Positions 49,862 to 59,747 of a stretch of 64,000 nt of DNA are shown in pieces (positions within the stretch are counted from its first letter, which is position 1; the number at the start of each line of letters is the position of its first letter). Under the pieces are notes generated by a model, which saw only the letters and a program-made list of their open reading frames with translations, made no database searches and was not told the DNA's origin. Source of the stretch: an uncultured Planctomycetaceae bacterium (lineage in GTDB: Bacteria > Planctomycetota > Planctomycetia > Isosphaerales > Isosphaeraceae); the NCBI GenBank assembly GCA_963833985.1, contig CAWIAD010000001.1, forward strand, positions 2,092,271-2,156,270, in the 5' to 3' direction. The translations under genes and the position numbers were made by a program.

Positions 49862-52800
49862 TCAAGCACGACCGATCAGCCGCCGGCCCCTGGCCATCGA
49901 GAACGGATACTGACGCACCAGGAACGGCGGGCTCTTGAGGTTGACGCGAATGTCGCCGAAATTGCCCAGGCCGCCGATCGCTGCCAGTGTCGTCACGCTG
50001 CTGCGCTGACCGCGTGATCGCCCCACGGAGCCAGAGATCACGGTCCTGTGCGGCACGCCCCCCTCGAGCGTGAGCACGAGGCCGTTCCCCGATGGATCAC
50101 GCGTCAAATCAAGGTACCCACCGCCGGTGACCTTGAGCGTGACCAGATTGCCCGAGCCGTCATAGTATCTCAGCGACGTGCCCATGCCGACGAGTACCAC
50201 GTAGTTCGTACCAGCCAGGCCGGCGCTGGCGCCCGCAAGCGGATTGCCCGCCAGGTCGCGCACCGGTGCAGCCCCGGTGCCCGCGACGGCGATCTGGTAA
50301 AAATGGCCGGCCAGCATGGGCGACTGCGGGGTGAGAGTGACTGTATCGCTGGCAGCGTTGTAGGCCGGCGGAGCCAGCCCGAGCTGCCAGCTTCCCGGCG
50401 CATTCGCCAGGCCGCTCGTCCCCATGTCACAGACCTGATAGTCGGCAGGGTTTGTGGCCGAGCCTGGCTGAAGCGGCTTGCTGAAGGAAATCGTCAGGCT
50501 CGTGATGACGGTCGAGGATCCGCTCCATTGAACGTTCGTGACCAGGGGCGGAGTGAAGTCCGGGTCGGTATCATGAATACGCAGGATGGTCGTTGTTGCG
50601 GCTCCCAGAACCGCCCCGCCTGTAGGCGAGCTGATGGCGAGCGCCACGTACTCATCGTGGTTGTCGTACGGGTTGTTCAGCACGGGGACCAGGATCGTAC
50701 CGGAGGTCTGACCGTTTGCGAGCAGCAACGTGCCCGCGATCGGGGTGTAGTCCAGACCGGGCGTTGCGGCCGGTCCCGAAAGCGTCTGGTAAGAGACGGT
50801 CACCGGCCCCAGGGCCCCCACCGTCCGAACCACGGAGATGGCGGCCACACCGGCCGTCTCATTCACCGTGGTCATCGGGCTGGCGAACTGAAGCACGCCC
50901 GGCGACTGGGCCACGGCCACCGTGGCGGTCGCCTGGTTGCTCGTGAGGTCGAGATCGAACTCGTTGCCGGCGACCGTGGCCGTCCAGGAATCCTGTCCGG
51001 AGGCCATCGGCACCAGCACGATCGAGAGCTGGGCGCTGGCTCCAGCAGCCAGGCTGCCCAGCGGCACAACCATCAATCCGGGCTGGACGAACGGCTGCCC
51101 CGCCGGCAGGCCTCCGGGCGCGGTCACGGAGCGAACCTGCGAACCGTTGGCAAGCGGCAGACTCAGCACCACTCCGGTGGCCGGCGCGGGGCCGAGGTTG
51201 CTGATGCTGGCAAAGAGCGTCAGGGTCGTTCCAACCTCACCGCTGGCCTGAGCCGGCAGCAGCGCCACGGCGAGATCGTCCGAAGGCAGCACAGCAACAG
51301 AGGTCCCGGCCGAATTGTCGCTCGGATGGGGGTCGAACGCATTACCAGCGACCGACGCGGTGATCGGCAGCCCCGGTGTGGCCCCGACGGACTGAGACGG
51401 GCGGACGAGGATGGTGACCGCGGCCGACTGCCCCGCGGACAGGGAGCCGATGACCGAGGTGATCACGCCATTCAGCAGCGCGGGTGGATTGCCGACGACC
51501 GACGTCCCCGAGACGAAGGCGGTTCCGGGCGGCAGGGGAGCGCTGATGATGACGCCGGTGTCGTCGGACGGACCGGTGTTCTTGACCACGAGCGTGTAGC
51601 TCAGGTTCTGGTCCTGATGGGCCGGTGCGGACTGGGGCACGATGGCGATGGTTAGCGCGGCCGAGGGCGCAACAGCCACGGAGGTGGTCGCCTGTGCGAG
51701 CGCCGGGTTGAGGTTTGCATTGTAGCCCTGGGCGAGGGCCGTCATCGTCAGCAGCCCGAGGGCCAGCGGCTGTGGCGCGACCGTCAGGGTGACCGTGGCC
51801 GAGCTGCCGACGGCAAGGGGTCCCAGGTCCGCGGAAAGCCATCCCGAGGCGACCACCGGAGGGGCCGGCTGGGTGGACGTTTCCGCGAGGACACTTACGT
51901 CAGCTGGTAGAGGAACCGCCACGCTCGCGTCCGGGTCATCGGTCGGTCCCGTGTTCACAACGGTCATCGTGTAGCGGACGGGCTGACCAACCGGCACCGA
52001 CGGCAGGCTGGGGGTCATGGTCACGACGAGGTTGCTGACGACTCTCACGGGCACGGTGATCGATGCCGTGTTGTTCGCCGGGTTCGCGTCCAGCTCCGCG
52101 GAAGCTGCCGAGGCTGTATTGACCAGCAGCGCGCCCGGCGGCACGGTCGGTTGTACGGTGATGAATACGGTGGCCGAGGAGCCGACGGCGAGAGCGCCGA
52201 TGGCCGCAGTCACGCTCCCCGCGGAGAACACGGGGGTCGCGTTCGCGGTCGACGTCGCCGAGACGAAGGTGACACCGCCGGGCAAGGTATCGGTCAGGCT
52301 TACGGCCGAAGCGTCGTCAGGTCCCGAGTTGCTGACCTGTACCGCGTAGACCAGGTTCTGTCCCTCGGCCACCGGCCCGGGGTTGGCCGTCATGCTCACT
52401 GCCAGGTCGACGACCGGCTCGATGGTCAACGAGGCAGTTGCCGAGTTGTCGCTGGCAGTCGGGTCGGCCTGGTCGCTAGCGATGCTGGCCGTGGCCGCAT
52501 AGGTTCCAACCTGGCCGGCCTGGACGACCACGCTGATCGTGGCCTGGCTACCCGAAGCCAGGGTACCCAGAGCGGCGGAAAGCACGCCTCCCGACCAGTT
52601 CGCCTGGCCCTGACTCGGCGTTGCCGCCACGAAGGAAAGGGCAGGCCCCAGCGGCAGCGAGAGCTCGACGTTCGTGGCCGTGGAAGGCCCCTGGTTCGTC
52701 GCGACCAGAGTGTAGGTGAAGCGATCGCCAACGTGCGCCGTGCTCGCCGCCGGTGTCATCTGCAAGGCAAGGTCGGCCACCGTGGCAACCTTGGTGGTCA

Positions 52801-54778
52801 GAGTGGCCGAGTCGTTGCCGGGCGTGGGATCAATCTCGGCGAGGGTCACCGACGCGGTATCAGTGACGGTTGAGCCAGCGGCAGCCATCACCGTTCCGGT
52901 GACGGTCACGGTGGCAACGCCACCCGCCTTGATCGTGCCCATCCTGGCGATGACCATCTGCGCCATCAGCGTGGGGGCCTGGCCCTGGCTGGAGACTTCC
53001 GAGGACGCGGAGAACAGGTAAGGCAGCTCATCGTTCAGGACCACCTGGTGGGCATCGAGATTGCCCACATTCGAGACGGTCACGGTGTAGGTCAGCGGCC
53101 CGCTGGCGGCTGCCGGCGTCGGATTCGGAGTGATCGCGACGGTCAGGTCCGTAACACCCAGCACGGTGGCATCCGGGGAGAACTCCGACGTGTTCCCCCC
53201 GCTGTCGGTGGCCGTGGCCGAGATCGCTGCGCCGGCCGGCGGGGCAGTCGGCAGCGTGAGACTGATCGCGGCGTTGCCGCTGGAGTCAGTGGTCACGGAG
53301 GTGGTCCGCATCAGGTTCTGACCCTCCCCGTAACCGGAAGGATCAGCGCTCGGGCTCCAGAAGACTTGCAGCGTGTAGGTGCTCGTCGGCATCCCCAGCA
53401 GGTTACCGTGGACGGTGGTCGTCTTGCCGTCGGTCTGCGCCCCGTTGAAGACCGGAAAGTTCTGGAAATTATTCGGGCCCGGCGTTCCCGGCTGGTGACT
53501 GGGAGTCGGTCCGCTGCCCAGGTTGATGCCGAGACCGGCATTGTCGTGGATGGAATTGGAGAGGATGGTGTCCTGGTTCACCAGGCCGACGAGCTGAATT
53601 CCCGCCCCGACATTCCCGATGCCGTTGTTGGCGATCACGTTGCCCGCACCGCTACCGGTCCCGCCGATCATGTTGCTGCTGCTGCCCAGGCTGAAGCCAT
53701 TGACCCGGTTGCCTAGCGCCATCGTCCCCGAGCGGTCGGTACCGACCTCGTTGCCCTGGAACAGGTTGCCGGTCGCGGAGTTGACCGTTTCCACCCCGTT
53801 GCCCTGGTTGCCCGAGAAGACGTTGCCGTCGGCCGCTCCTGTCCCGCCGATGGTATTCGCGGTCGACCCGTCGAGCAGGATGCCGTCACCGCGATTCCCC
53901 AGGACATGGAGACCATCGGACGTGGTGCCCACCAGGTTGCCGGCCACCAGGTTCCCCGTGGCGCCGGCCGCCAGTACGATGCCGTTCTGCTGGTTTCCTG
54001 AGATCACATTGCCGATGGCGGGCGCCGTCGCCCCGACGAGGTTGTTGCTGACCCCTTCCAGCAGGATGCCGTCTCCCTGGTTGCCCAGGGCAGCGGTGCC
54101 GTCGCCCGTGGTGCCCACGAGGTTGCCCAGGATCAGGTTCGCTGTGGCATCCACCGTGGAGCGGTCGAGCTCGATGCCCGCTTCCAGGTTGCCCGATATC
54201 ACGTTCGCCGCGCCGGTGGCCGTTCCGCCAATCGTATTGAACGATGAACCGATGATCTGGATGCCCGTGCCGTTATGCCGCGCGACCGTTCCACTGGCGT
54301 CGGTGCCGACCCGGTCCCCCTGGATCAGGTTGCCACTCCCGCCGTCCAGAACGATGCCGGCTCCCGTGAACCCAGAGATGGCCAATCCCTGGATGGTGCT
54401 CTGACCCGCGGCGAGGACCAGGCCGTTGCCCTCCGCGCCGGCAGCGGCGCCGTTGATCTCGATCAGCGGCTGACCCGCAAAGCCCGGCTGGCTCGTGCCA
54501 TCCAGAAGCACCGGAACCGTGATCCGCGGAAGCGGACTCTGGAGCGCGATTTGCTGCACTCCCGTGCCAGGGATGTCAAACTGGATCACCCCGGGGCTGG
54601 AACTCTCGTTCAGCTGGAGGATCGCCCAGCGCAAGGTGCCGGCGCTGCCGTCATCGGCCGTGCTCTGCACGACGAACCCGGTCAATAAAAGGCGCTCTTC
54701 CATGAGCTCCACCCGGGGCCCATGGCACCTGCGGCGCGGCCGCATCGCTCGGCGCTTGGATTCGTTACTACAGCTCAT
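49862..54778 (-). CDS. Large surface protein: beta-helix repeats, multiple DUF11 domains, Calx-beta
   Basis: RVELMEERLLL extracellular motif; GN.VGT repeats; repeated DL.V...LTYT.TV.N.GP; LQFASP..TVNETAG. Confidence 0.85.
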   Translation of the reverse strand: MSCSNESKRRAMRPRRRCHGPRVELMEERLLLTGFVVQSTADDGSAGTLRWAILQLNESSSPGVIQFDIPGTGVQQIALQSPLPRITVPVLLDGTSQPGFAGQPLIEINGAAAGAEGNGLVLAAGQSTIQGLAISGFTGAGIVLDGGSGNLIQGDRVGTDASGTVARHNGTGIQIIGSSFNTIGGTATGAANVISGNLEAGIELDRSTVDATANLILGNLVGTTGDGTAALGNQGDGILLEGVSNNLVGATAPAIGNVISGNQQNGIVLAAGATGNLVAGNLVGTTSDGLHVLGNRGDGILLDGSTANTIGGTGAADGNVFSGNQGNGVETVNSATGNLFQGNEVGTDRSGTMALGNRVNGFSLGSSSNMIGGTGSGAGNVIANNGIGNVGAGIQLVGLVNQDTILSNSIHDNAGLGINLGSGPTPSHQPGTPGPNNFQNFPVFNGAQTDGKTTTVHGNLLGMPTSTYTLQVFWSPSADPSGYGEGQNLMRTTSVTTDSSGNAAISLTLPTAPPAGAAISATATDSGGNTSEFSPDATVLGVTDLTVAITPNPTPAAASGPLTYTVTVSNVGNLDAHQVVLNDELPYLFSASSEVSSQGQAPTLMAQMVIARMGTIKAGGVATVTVTGTVMAAAGSTVTDTASVTLAEIDPTPGNDSATLTTKVATVADLALQMTPAASTAHVGDRFTYTLVATNQGPSTATNVELSLPLGPALSFVAATPSQGQANWSGGVLSAALGTLASGSQATISVVVQAGQVGTYAATASIASDQADPTASDNSATASLTIEPVVDLAVSMTANPGPVAEGQNLVYAVQVSNSGPDDASAVSLTDTLPGGVTFVSATSTANATPVFSAGSVTAAIGALAVGSSATVFITVQPTVPPGALLVNTASAASAELDANPANNTASITVPVRVVSNLVVTMTPSLPSVPVGQPVRYTMTVVNTGPTDDPDASVAVPLPADVSVLAETSTQPAPPVVASGWLSADLGPLAVGSSATVTLTVAPQPLALGLLTMTALAQGYNANLNPALAQATTSVAVAPSAALTIAIVPQSAPAHQDQNLSYTLVVKNTGPSDDTGVIISAPLPPGTAFVSGTSVVGNPPALLNGVITSVIGSLSAGQSAAVTILVRPSQSVGATPGLPITASVAGNAFDPHPSDNSAGTSVAVLPSDDLAVALLPAQASGEVGTTLTLFASISNLGPAPATGVVLSLPLANGSQVRSVTAPGGLPAGQPFVQPGLMVVPLGSLAAGASAQLSIVLVPMASGQDSWTATVAGNEFDLDLTSNQATATVAVAQSPGVLQFASPMTTVNETAGVAAISVVRTVGALGPVTVSYQTLSGPAATPGLDYTPIAGTLLLANGQTSGTILVPVLNNPYDNHDEYVALAISSPTGGAVLGAATTTILRIHDTDPDFTPPLVTNVQWSGSSTVITSLTISFSKPLQPGSATNPADYQVCDMGTSGLANAPGSWQLGLAPPAYNAASDTVTLTPQSPMLAGHFYQIAVAGTGAAPVRDLAGNPLAGASAGLAGTNYVVLVGMGTSLRYYDGSGNLVTLKVTGGGYLDLTRDPSGNGLVLTLEGGVPHRTVISGSVGRSRGQRSSVTTLAAIGGLGNFGDIRVNLKSPPFLVRQYPFSMARGRRLIGRA

Positions 54779-55009
54779 GGGAGAGATTCAAGAGGAGGCA
54801 ACAGAGCTAGGCACTGAGGATGGCGAGTCGTCGCAGTCAACGACTCAAGCACTCATGGTGCCGGGGACGTGTCGAGTCACGCTACTCCCCATCCTCGGAT
54901 CAGATCAATAATACAAGCGAGGGAAGAAGCAGGTCGAGCGAAATCTTTCGTGCGCGCGTGGGAACTCGAGGATCCCCGGCGTGCCGTGGCGTATCCGCCG
55001 CACGAGCAT

Positions 55010-56179
55010 TCAGACGGGCAAGGCGGAACTCGGGGCCGCGACAGGCAAATGATACAGCATGAGGTAGATCACAACGCCCGTCACTGAGACATAAATCCAG
55101 ATGGGAAAGGTTGTAGCGGCGATACTGCGGTGGCCGGCACGGTCGCGGCGAATGGCCCGCAGAAGTGTCAGCAGGACGAGAGGCACGACGCCGAACGTGG
55201 CGAGCAGCGTGTGTGACAGGAGCACCGTGAAATAAAGCCAGCGCATCGGCCCCTGACCCAGGAAAGGGACGCTGCCTGCGTGGTAGTGATACACCAGGTA
55301 GAAAGCCAGGAAGAGCGTGGAGGTGAGCACGGCAAGGATCATGCACAGGCGGTGAGCACGGATGCGCGGAGTATCGGGCCAGGAGGTTCCTATCGCCGGC
55401 TGGCGATCAAGGCGAGCGCTCTCGCTTCGAGCCGTGCCGAGGCCGTCGCGGCCCCGGATCAGCCTCCAGCCGACCAGAAGCAGAAGGGCGCAGGTGGCGT
55501 TCAGGCTGGCATTGACGGCAGGTAGTGCCCGGACCCAGGAAGGCAACGACCGTCGCCTGGCCTGAGCCACGAGCGTGCCGATTGCCGCGGGTTCGTTGGA
55601 ATCGAAAAGGCCGATGACCCGGCCGCGATCCACCAGCGCGAGCCGATCGCTGTGGGCAATGAGCTCGGATCTTCCCTCCGGATCGGGGGCCGGGTTTTCC
55701 ATCACGCTGAGCTTGAACCTGCTCTCGATCAGGTCGTAGATGAGCGCACGTGAGCCCGTGAGAAACCACCACCGTGCGGGGTCCGCGTCGAAGCGGCCGG
55801 CATAGTCGGCCAGCACCGTTGGAGTATCGTGTTCAGGGTCGACCGAAAGGCTGACGAGGAGGACGCCGGAGCCGGCCAACCGCGGCTGCAAGCTCTTCAT
55901 CACGGAGGTGATCCGCGGACACGAGAGCTGGCAGCGCGTGAAGATGAACGAGACGATGCACACCCGGTCCGCCAGGTCGGCCTGCGTGATCGTCCGGCCC
56001 GATCGCTCGACGAGCTGAAAGTCTCCCAGTGCCTCCGCCCGCTCGCCCAGGTCCTGTGCGGCGCGGGGCGGAGAGAGCGCTGGCCGCGACCCGGCCAGCA
56101 GCAAGACCGTCACGGCCGAGGCCAGCACGGTCACCAGGACGATCTGCACCCCGCGAAGGTATGAGCGGCGAACACTCAT
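55010..56179 (-). CDS. SCO family copper chaperone fused to a DUF420 membrane domain
   Basis: FIFTRCQLSCP, SVDPEHD, HSDR..LVD; then NASLN, H..CM, FL..Y..YH, W.YVSVTGV. Confidence 0.9.
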   Translation of the reverse strand: MSVRRSYLRGVQIVLVTVLASAVTVLLLAGSRPALSPPRAAQDLGERAEALGDFQLVERSGRTITQADLADRVCIVSFIFTRCQLSCPRITSVMKSLQPRLAGSGVLLVSLSVDPEHDTPTVLADYAGRFDADPARWWFLTGSRALIYDLIESRFKLSVMENPAPDPEGRSELIAHSDRLALVDRGRVIGLFDSNEPAAIGTLVAQARRRSLPSWVRALPAVNASLNATCALLLLVGWRLIRGRDGLGTARSESARLDRQPAIGTSWPDTPRIRAHRLCMILAVLTSTLFLAFYLVYHYHAGSVPFLGQGPMRWLYFTVLLSHTLLATFGVVPLVLLTLLRAIRRDRAGHRSIAATTFPIWIYVSVTGVVIYLMLYHLPVAAPSSALPV

Positions 56180-56640
56180 GAAGAGAGGCCGAAGCGATCA
56201 GAACCGGAAGGGACGGAAGGACGGCGTGGTAACAGGGCACACACGCTCGGGGCCGTTGCGTCCTCGAGAGCCGGGCGCGGGGAAACCCACGTCTCATCCT
56301 CGTCTGCGTTTTCCTCGTCGACCGGCTTCATGGCCATGTCCGGGCAGAGGGCCAGTGTCAGGAAGACGGCCATCACGCAGGCCGGGATGATGAGAATGTA
56401 AACCCACTTCTTCTCGAACTTCAGGTGCATGAAGAACCAGCCGACCATGGCGGCCTTCACCAGGGCCAGGGAGACCAGGCCAATCACGAGGACCCCGAAG
56501 TAGCTCTTGAAGAGGAACGCATAGAAGTATTCCACGGCGGTCAGGACCGCCAGCAGGAACCATACTTTCATGTAGGGAGCGTGCGACTCGACGGCAAGCT
56601 CTTCCGCCATGTCGGGAGTCACGGAGTGTGCCTCGGCCAT
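56176..56640 (-). CDS. Cytochrome c oxidase subunit IV family
   Basis: W.LL.VLT..E, ALVKA.MV..FFMHLKFE. Confidence 0.88.
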   Translation of the reverse strand: MAEAHSVTPDMAEELAVESHAPYMKVWFLLAVLTAVEYFYAFLFKSYFGVLVIGLVSLALVKAAMVGWFFMHLKFEKKWVYILIIPACVMAVFLTLALCPDMAMKPVDEENADEDETWVSPRPALEDATAPSVCALLPRRPSVPSGSDRFGLSS

Positions 56641-56695
56641 AGATCACGTCCTCTCAGGAACAGGCAGGGCGCGGAGCGAATCCGGTCGCCGGCGG

Positions 56696-57646
56696 TCAGA
56701 TCAGGTAAACGATGGTGAACAGGATGATCCACACGAGGTCGACGAAGTGCCAGTACAGGCCGGCGAACTCGATGGGGTTGTAGTGGGTCTGCGTGTAGAC
56801 TCCGCGCAGCGACTGGATGAAGATGAGGATGAGCGTGATCACGCCGCCGGTGACGTGCAGACCGTGAAACCCCGTCATGGTGAAGAAGCAGGACGCGAAC
56901 AGGCTGACATCCGGCCGGAAGTGCCCGGTGGCGCTGATGCCGGGCGGGTAGCTCCTGCCGAACATCAGCTCGTAGTACTCGATCACCTGGATGCTCAGAA
57001 AGACGCTGCCGATGAGGATGGTTGCGCCCAGGAACACCAGGCTGCGCTTCCGCTTACCCTGCTGGATGGCCGAGAGCGAGAGCACCATGGTGACCGAGGA
57101 GCAGATCAGGACGAAGGTATTGAACGCCGTCAGGTCGATGCTCAACGGGTTGGTGAGCTTGTCGTAAGGTTTGGGCCAGTTGTGCGTCACCAGTTGTTCC
57201 ACGTGGGCGTCGACGCCGGTCGCCTGTAGCTTGCCGGCGAGCTCCTCAGCCTTCGCCTGAGTCAGCCGGTTGACCACCGTCACCTCGTGCGCTTCCTCAA
57301 CTATCTTGCGGGCGGCATCGGCGGTCACGGCCGGAGCCGCGGCACGGATTGCTTCCTCGGCCTGCTCCGGGCTCGAGCCGGACGATGCCAGGACCACCCC
57401 GTATGTGTCGGCCAGTTCGTGCAGGTTGGTGGTCGGCTCGTAGAGGTTCGAGTAGTACGTGGAGGGACTCCCCGAACGGAGCACGATGTATGAGCCGATC
57501 AGCCCGGTGAAGAACATGACTTCCGTGGCAAGGAAGAGCCACATGGCGACCTTGCCGGGAGTGACCGGGGCGTGATGGTCGTGGGACGGCGATCCGCCGT
57601 GAGTCGCAGGGGCGGCAGCGGTGGGAGAAGCGGTGGCGTCGGCCAT
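56696..57646 (-). CDS. ctaE: Cytochrome c oxidase subunit III with an inserted loop domain
   Basis: MWLFLATEVMFF, NT..LI.SS.T, FF..TGFHGLHV, GLYWHFVDLVWI. Confidence 0.93.
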   Translation of the reverse strand: MADATASPTAAAPATHGGSPSHDHHAPVTPGKVAMWLFLATEVMFFTGLIGSYIVLRSGSPSTYYSNLYEPTTNLHELADTYGVVLASSGSSPEQAEEAIRAAAPAVTADAARKIVEEAHEVTVVNRLTQAKAEELAGKLQATGVDAHVEQLVTHNWPKPYDKLTNPLSIDLTAFNTFVLICSSVTMVLSLSAIQQGKRKRSLVFLGATILIGSVFLSIQVIEYYELMFGRSYPPGISATGHFRPDVSLFASCFFTMTGFHGLHVTGGVITLILIFIQSLRGVYTQTHYNPIEFAGLYWHFVDLVWIILFTIVYLI

Positions 57647-57709
57647 CGTGTTGGGATCCCTCGAAATCAAGGCCAGCGGTGCGCGCCGGCCGGTCCGGGC
57701 AAGAATGCC

Positions 57710-58642
57710 TCAGGCCGGCAGCGGATTGAGTACCAGGAGAATCAGGACCAGAGGCAAGTACAGGAACGACATCCGCAGGAGCCGGCGTGCCGCTGTTTCG
57801 GAGACGTTCATCCAGAAGCCGACGGCCGCGGCAAGGTAAACCAGTCCCAGCACGAGTGATCCGGCGAAGTAGACCGCTCCCGCCATGCCCACGGTCGCCG
57901 GCAAGAGCCCGGCCGGCACAAGCGCCAGGGCGTACAGAGAAGCTTGCCGGCTGGTGAGTATCCCCGCGGGATCAACCCGTGGCAGCATCTTCAGGCCGCC
58001 CCGGGCATAGTCTTCCCGGTAGATCCAGGCAATCGCCAGAAAGTGAGGGAATTGCCAGAGGAACACGATCAGGAACAGAGCGAACGCCTCGATGCCCAGG
58101 GTGCCCGTGGCGGCCGCCCAGCCGATCACCGGCGGGAGGGCCCCCGGAACGGCGCCGATGGCCGTATTCAGGGTGGTCCACGGCTTGAGCGGCGTGTACA
58201 CGAACACGTAGAGCAGAAGCGTCGCCATGGCGACCGCGGCCGCGAGCCAGTGGCAGGCCGCGAGCAAAAGCGCCGAGCCGGCCAGTCCGAGACCGGTGCC
58301 AAAGAGGGCCGCCTCGCCGGCGCCCAGGCGGCCGCGCGGCAGAACCCGGTTGGCGGTCCGGCGCATCCGCGCGTCACGCGCCCGCTCCATCCACTGGTTC
58401 AGCGCACTGGCGCCTCCGGCCACCAGCCCCGTGCCCAGCAGGGTCAAGGCCAGCTTTGCGGGATGCGAACTGCCTCGAGCCCCCAGCACGAAGCCCACGC
58501 CCACCGTCACCAGCACCATCACCACGATGCGCGGCTTCGTGAGCGAGACGTAGGCGGACAACCGGTTCGCGGCCGCGTTCAGCAAGGCGTCCGTGGAGGA
58601 CGCAACCAGGACAGGTTTCGCAATCGTGACCGCCGTTTTCAA
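57710..58642 (-). CDS. ctaB: Protoheme IX farnesyltransferase (heme O synthase)
   Basis: LTKPRI, LNQWMER.RD..M.RT.NR, YTPLK, GAVPGALPP, WQFPHF; TTG start overlaps the ctaA stop. Confidence 0.93.
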   Translation of the reverse strand: MKTAVTIAKPVLVASSTDALLNAAANRLSAYVSLTKPRIVVMVLVTVGVGFVLGARGSSHPAKLALTLLGTGLVAGGASALNQWMERARDARMRRTANRVLPRGRLGAGEAALFGTGLGLAGSALLLAACHWLAAAVAMATLLLYVFVYTPLKPWTTLNTAIGAVPGALPPVIGWAAATGTLGIEAFALFLIVFLWQFPHFLAIAWIYREDYARGGLKMLPRVDPAGILTSRQASLYALALVPAGLLPATVGMAGAVYFAGSLVLGLVYLAAAVGFWMNVSETAARRLLRMSFLYLPLVLILLVLNPLPA

Positions 58643-59643
58643 AGTGCGACCTCCAGACCACCGGGAACTGCCGGGCCGCCGGTGTGCAGGGAAAGAGCTT
58701 CTCCGGCGGCAAGGCGCTCGGCTGCCGTCATGGACCGCAGATGCCGGCGGGCCCGCAGGGCCAGGACGACGCTCGCGGCCAGCAGCAAGGCGGCACTCGT
58801 CTGGTGGCCGGTGCGTACGACCGCCTCGTAGAACCCCGTCTGGCGGGGCATCCCATCCAGCGGCAGGATGTACACCAGTGCCGCAAGTCCGAGCGCCGCC
58901 TGGACCAGGACGGCGATCGCGAGCAGGCGAGACGGAATCAGCAAGGCCGGCACGTCGCGGCGATGCCGCTGGACCCGCCCCGCAAGCCAGAGCGCGTGGG
59001 TCAGTACGGCCGCGGCGCACACGGCGTGCACGGCCACGGCCGCCGGGGTTGCGTAATGGCGAACCCAGGCACCCAGCATGATCTGGCCGTAAACCAGCCC
59101 GAGCATCACCAGCGAGCGCCGGCGGAACCGGTGGTGATCCGGCGCGGGGACCGCCGGACCGTGCCAGTCGCGGCCGGTCAGGACGCAAAGTGCGATCATC
59201 AAACCGAAGAACGCTTGCCCGGTGCAGCCGTGCACGGCGGCCAGCAGAGTGGAGACCTGCGTGACTCGCGTGCCTCCGAGGATTCCCTGCACGATCACCG
59301 CGGCCAGGGCACCCACCCCAAGCGCCTTCATCCACCGCCGAGGCTCGTAGCACAAGAACCAGAGGGCCAGGCCCACGGTGGCCAGGCCCACGGCCGCTCC
59401 ATAAAGCCGGTGCAGATGTTCGACCCGCACGCCGAAGGGCGCATTCCAGAAATCGTACAGGAACATGTTGAAGCCGAACGTCGTGGGCCAGTCGGGTACG
59501 GCCAGGCCCACCCGGTACGTCGTCACCGAGCCGCCCACGAACAGCAAGGGAAGCGTGAAGACCGCGGCCAGAACCGCCAGCGCGTGCGGGCTCCAGCGGT
59601 AGCCGGACCGAGGTGCCTGGGATGAAAGGTCGGGTGCCGTCAT
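58639..59643 (-). CDS. ctaA: Heme A synthase (COX15/CtaA)
   Basis: GL.VPDWPT, EHLHR, QGILGG, H, VRTGH. Confidence 0.9.
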   Translation of the reverse strand: MTAPDLSSQAPRSGYRWSPHALAVLAAVFTLPLLFVGGSVTTYRVGLAVPDWPTTFGFNMFLYDFWNAPFGVRVEHLHRLYGAAVGLATVGLALWFLCYEPRRWMKALGVGALAAVIVQGILGGTRVTQVSTLLAAVHGCTGQAFFGLMIALCVLTGRDWHGPAVPAPDHHRFRRRSLVMLGLVYGQIMLGAWVRHYATPAAVAVHAVCAAAVLTHALWLAGRVQRHRRDVPALLIPSRLLAIAVLVQAALGLAALVYILPLDGMPRQTGFYEAVVRTGHQTSAALLLAASVVLALRARRHLRSMTAAERLAAGEALSLHTGGPAVPGGLEVAL

Positions 59644-59747
59644 GGTGGCGATATCAGGTCCAGCTCGAGGGCAAGGAGGCGTTCAGCAAACCGTACAAGG
59701 CAAACCGCGGGCCGATCGCATGCGACCGGTCCGCGGATCGTGGCAGG

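Noticed and set aside
57710-59353. 547-aa extended heme O synthase as given by the ORF track
   Set aside because: The N-terminal 237 codons overlap ctaA in another frame; the real start is probably the TTG at 58642.
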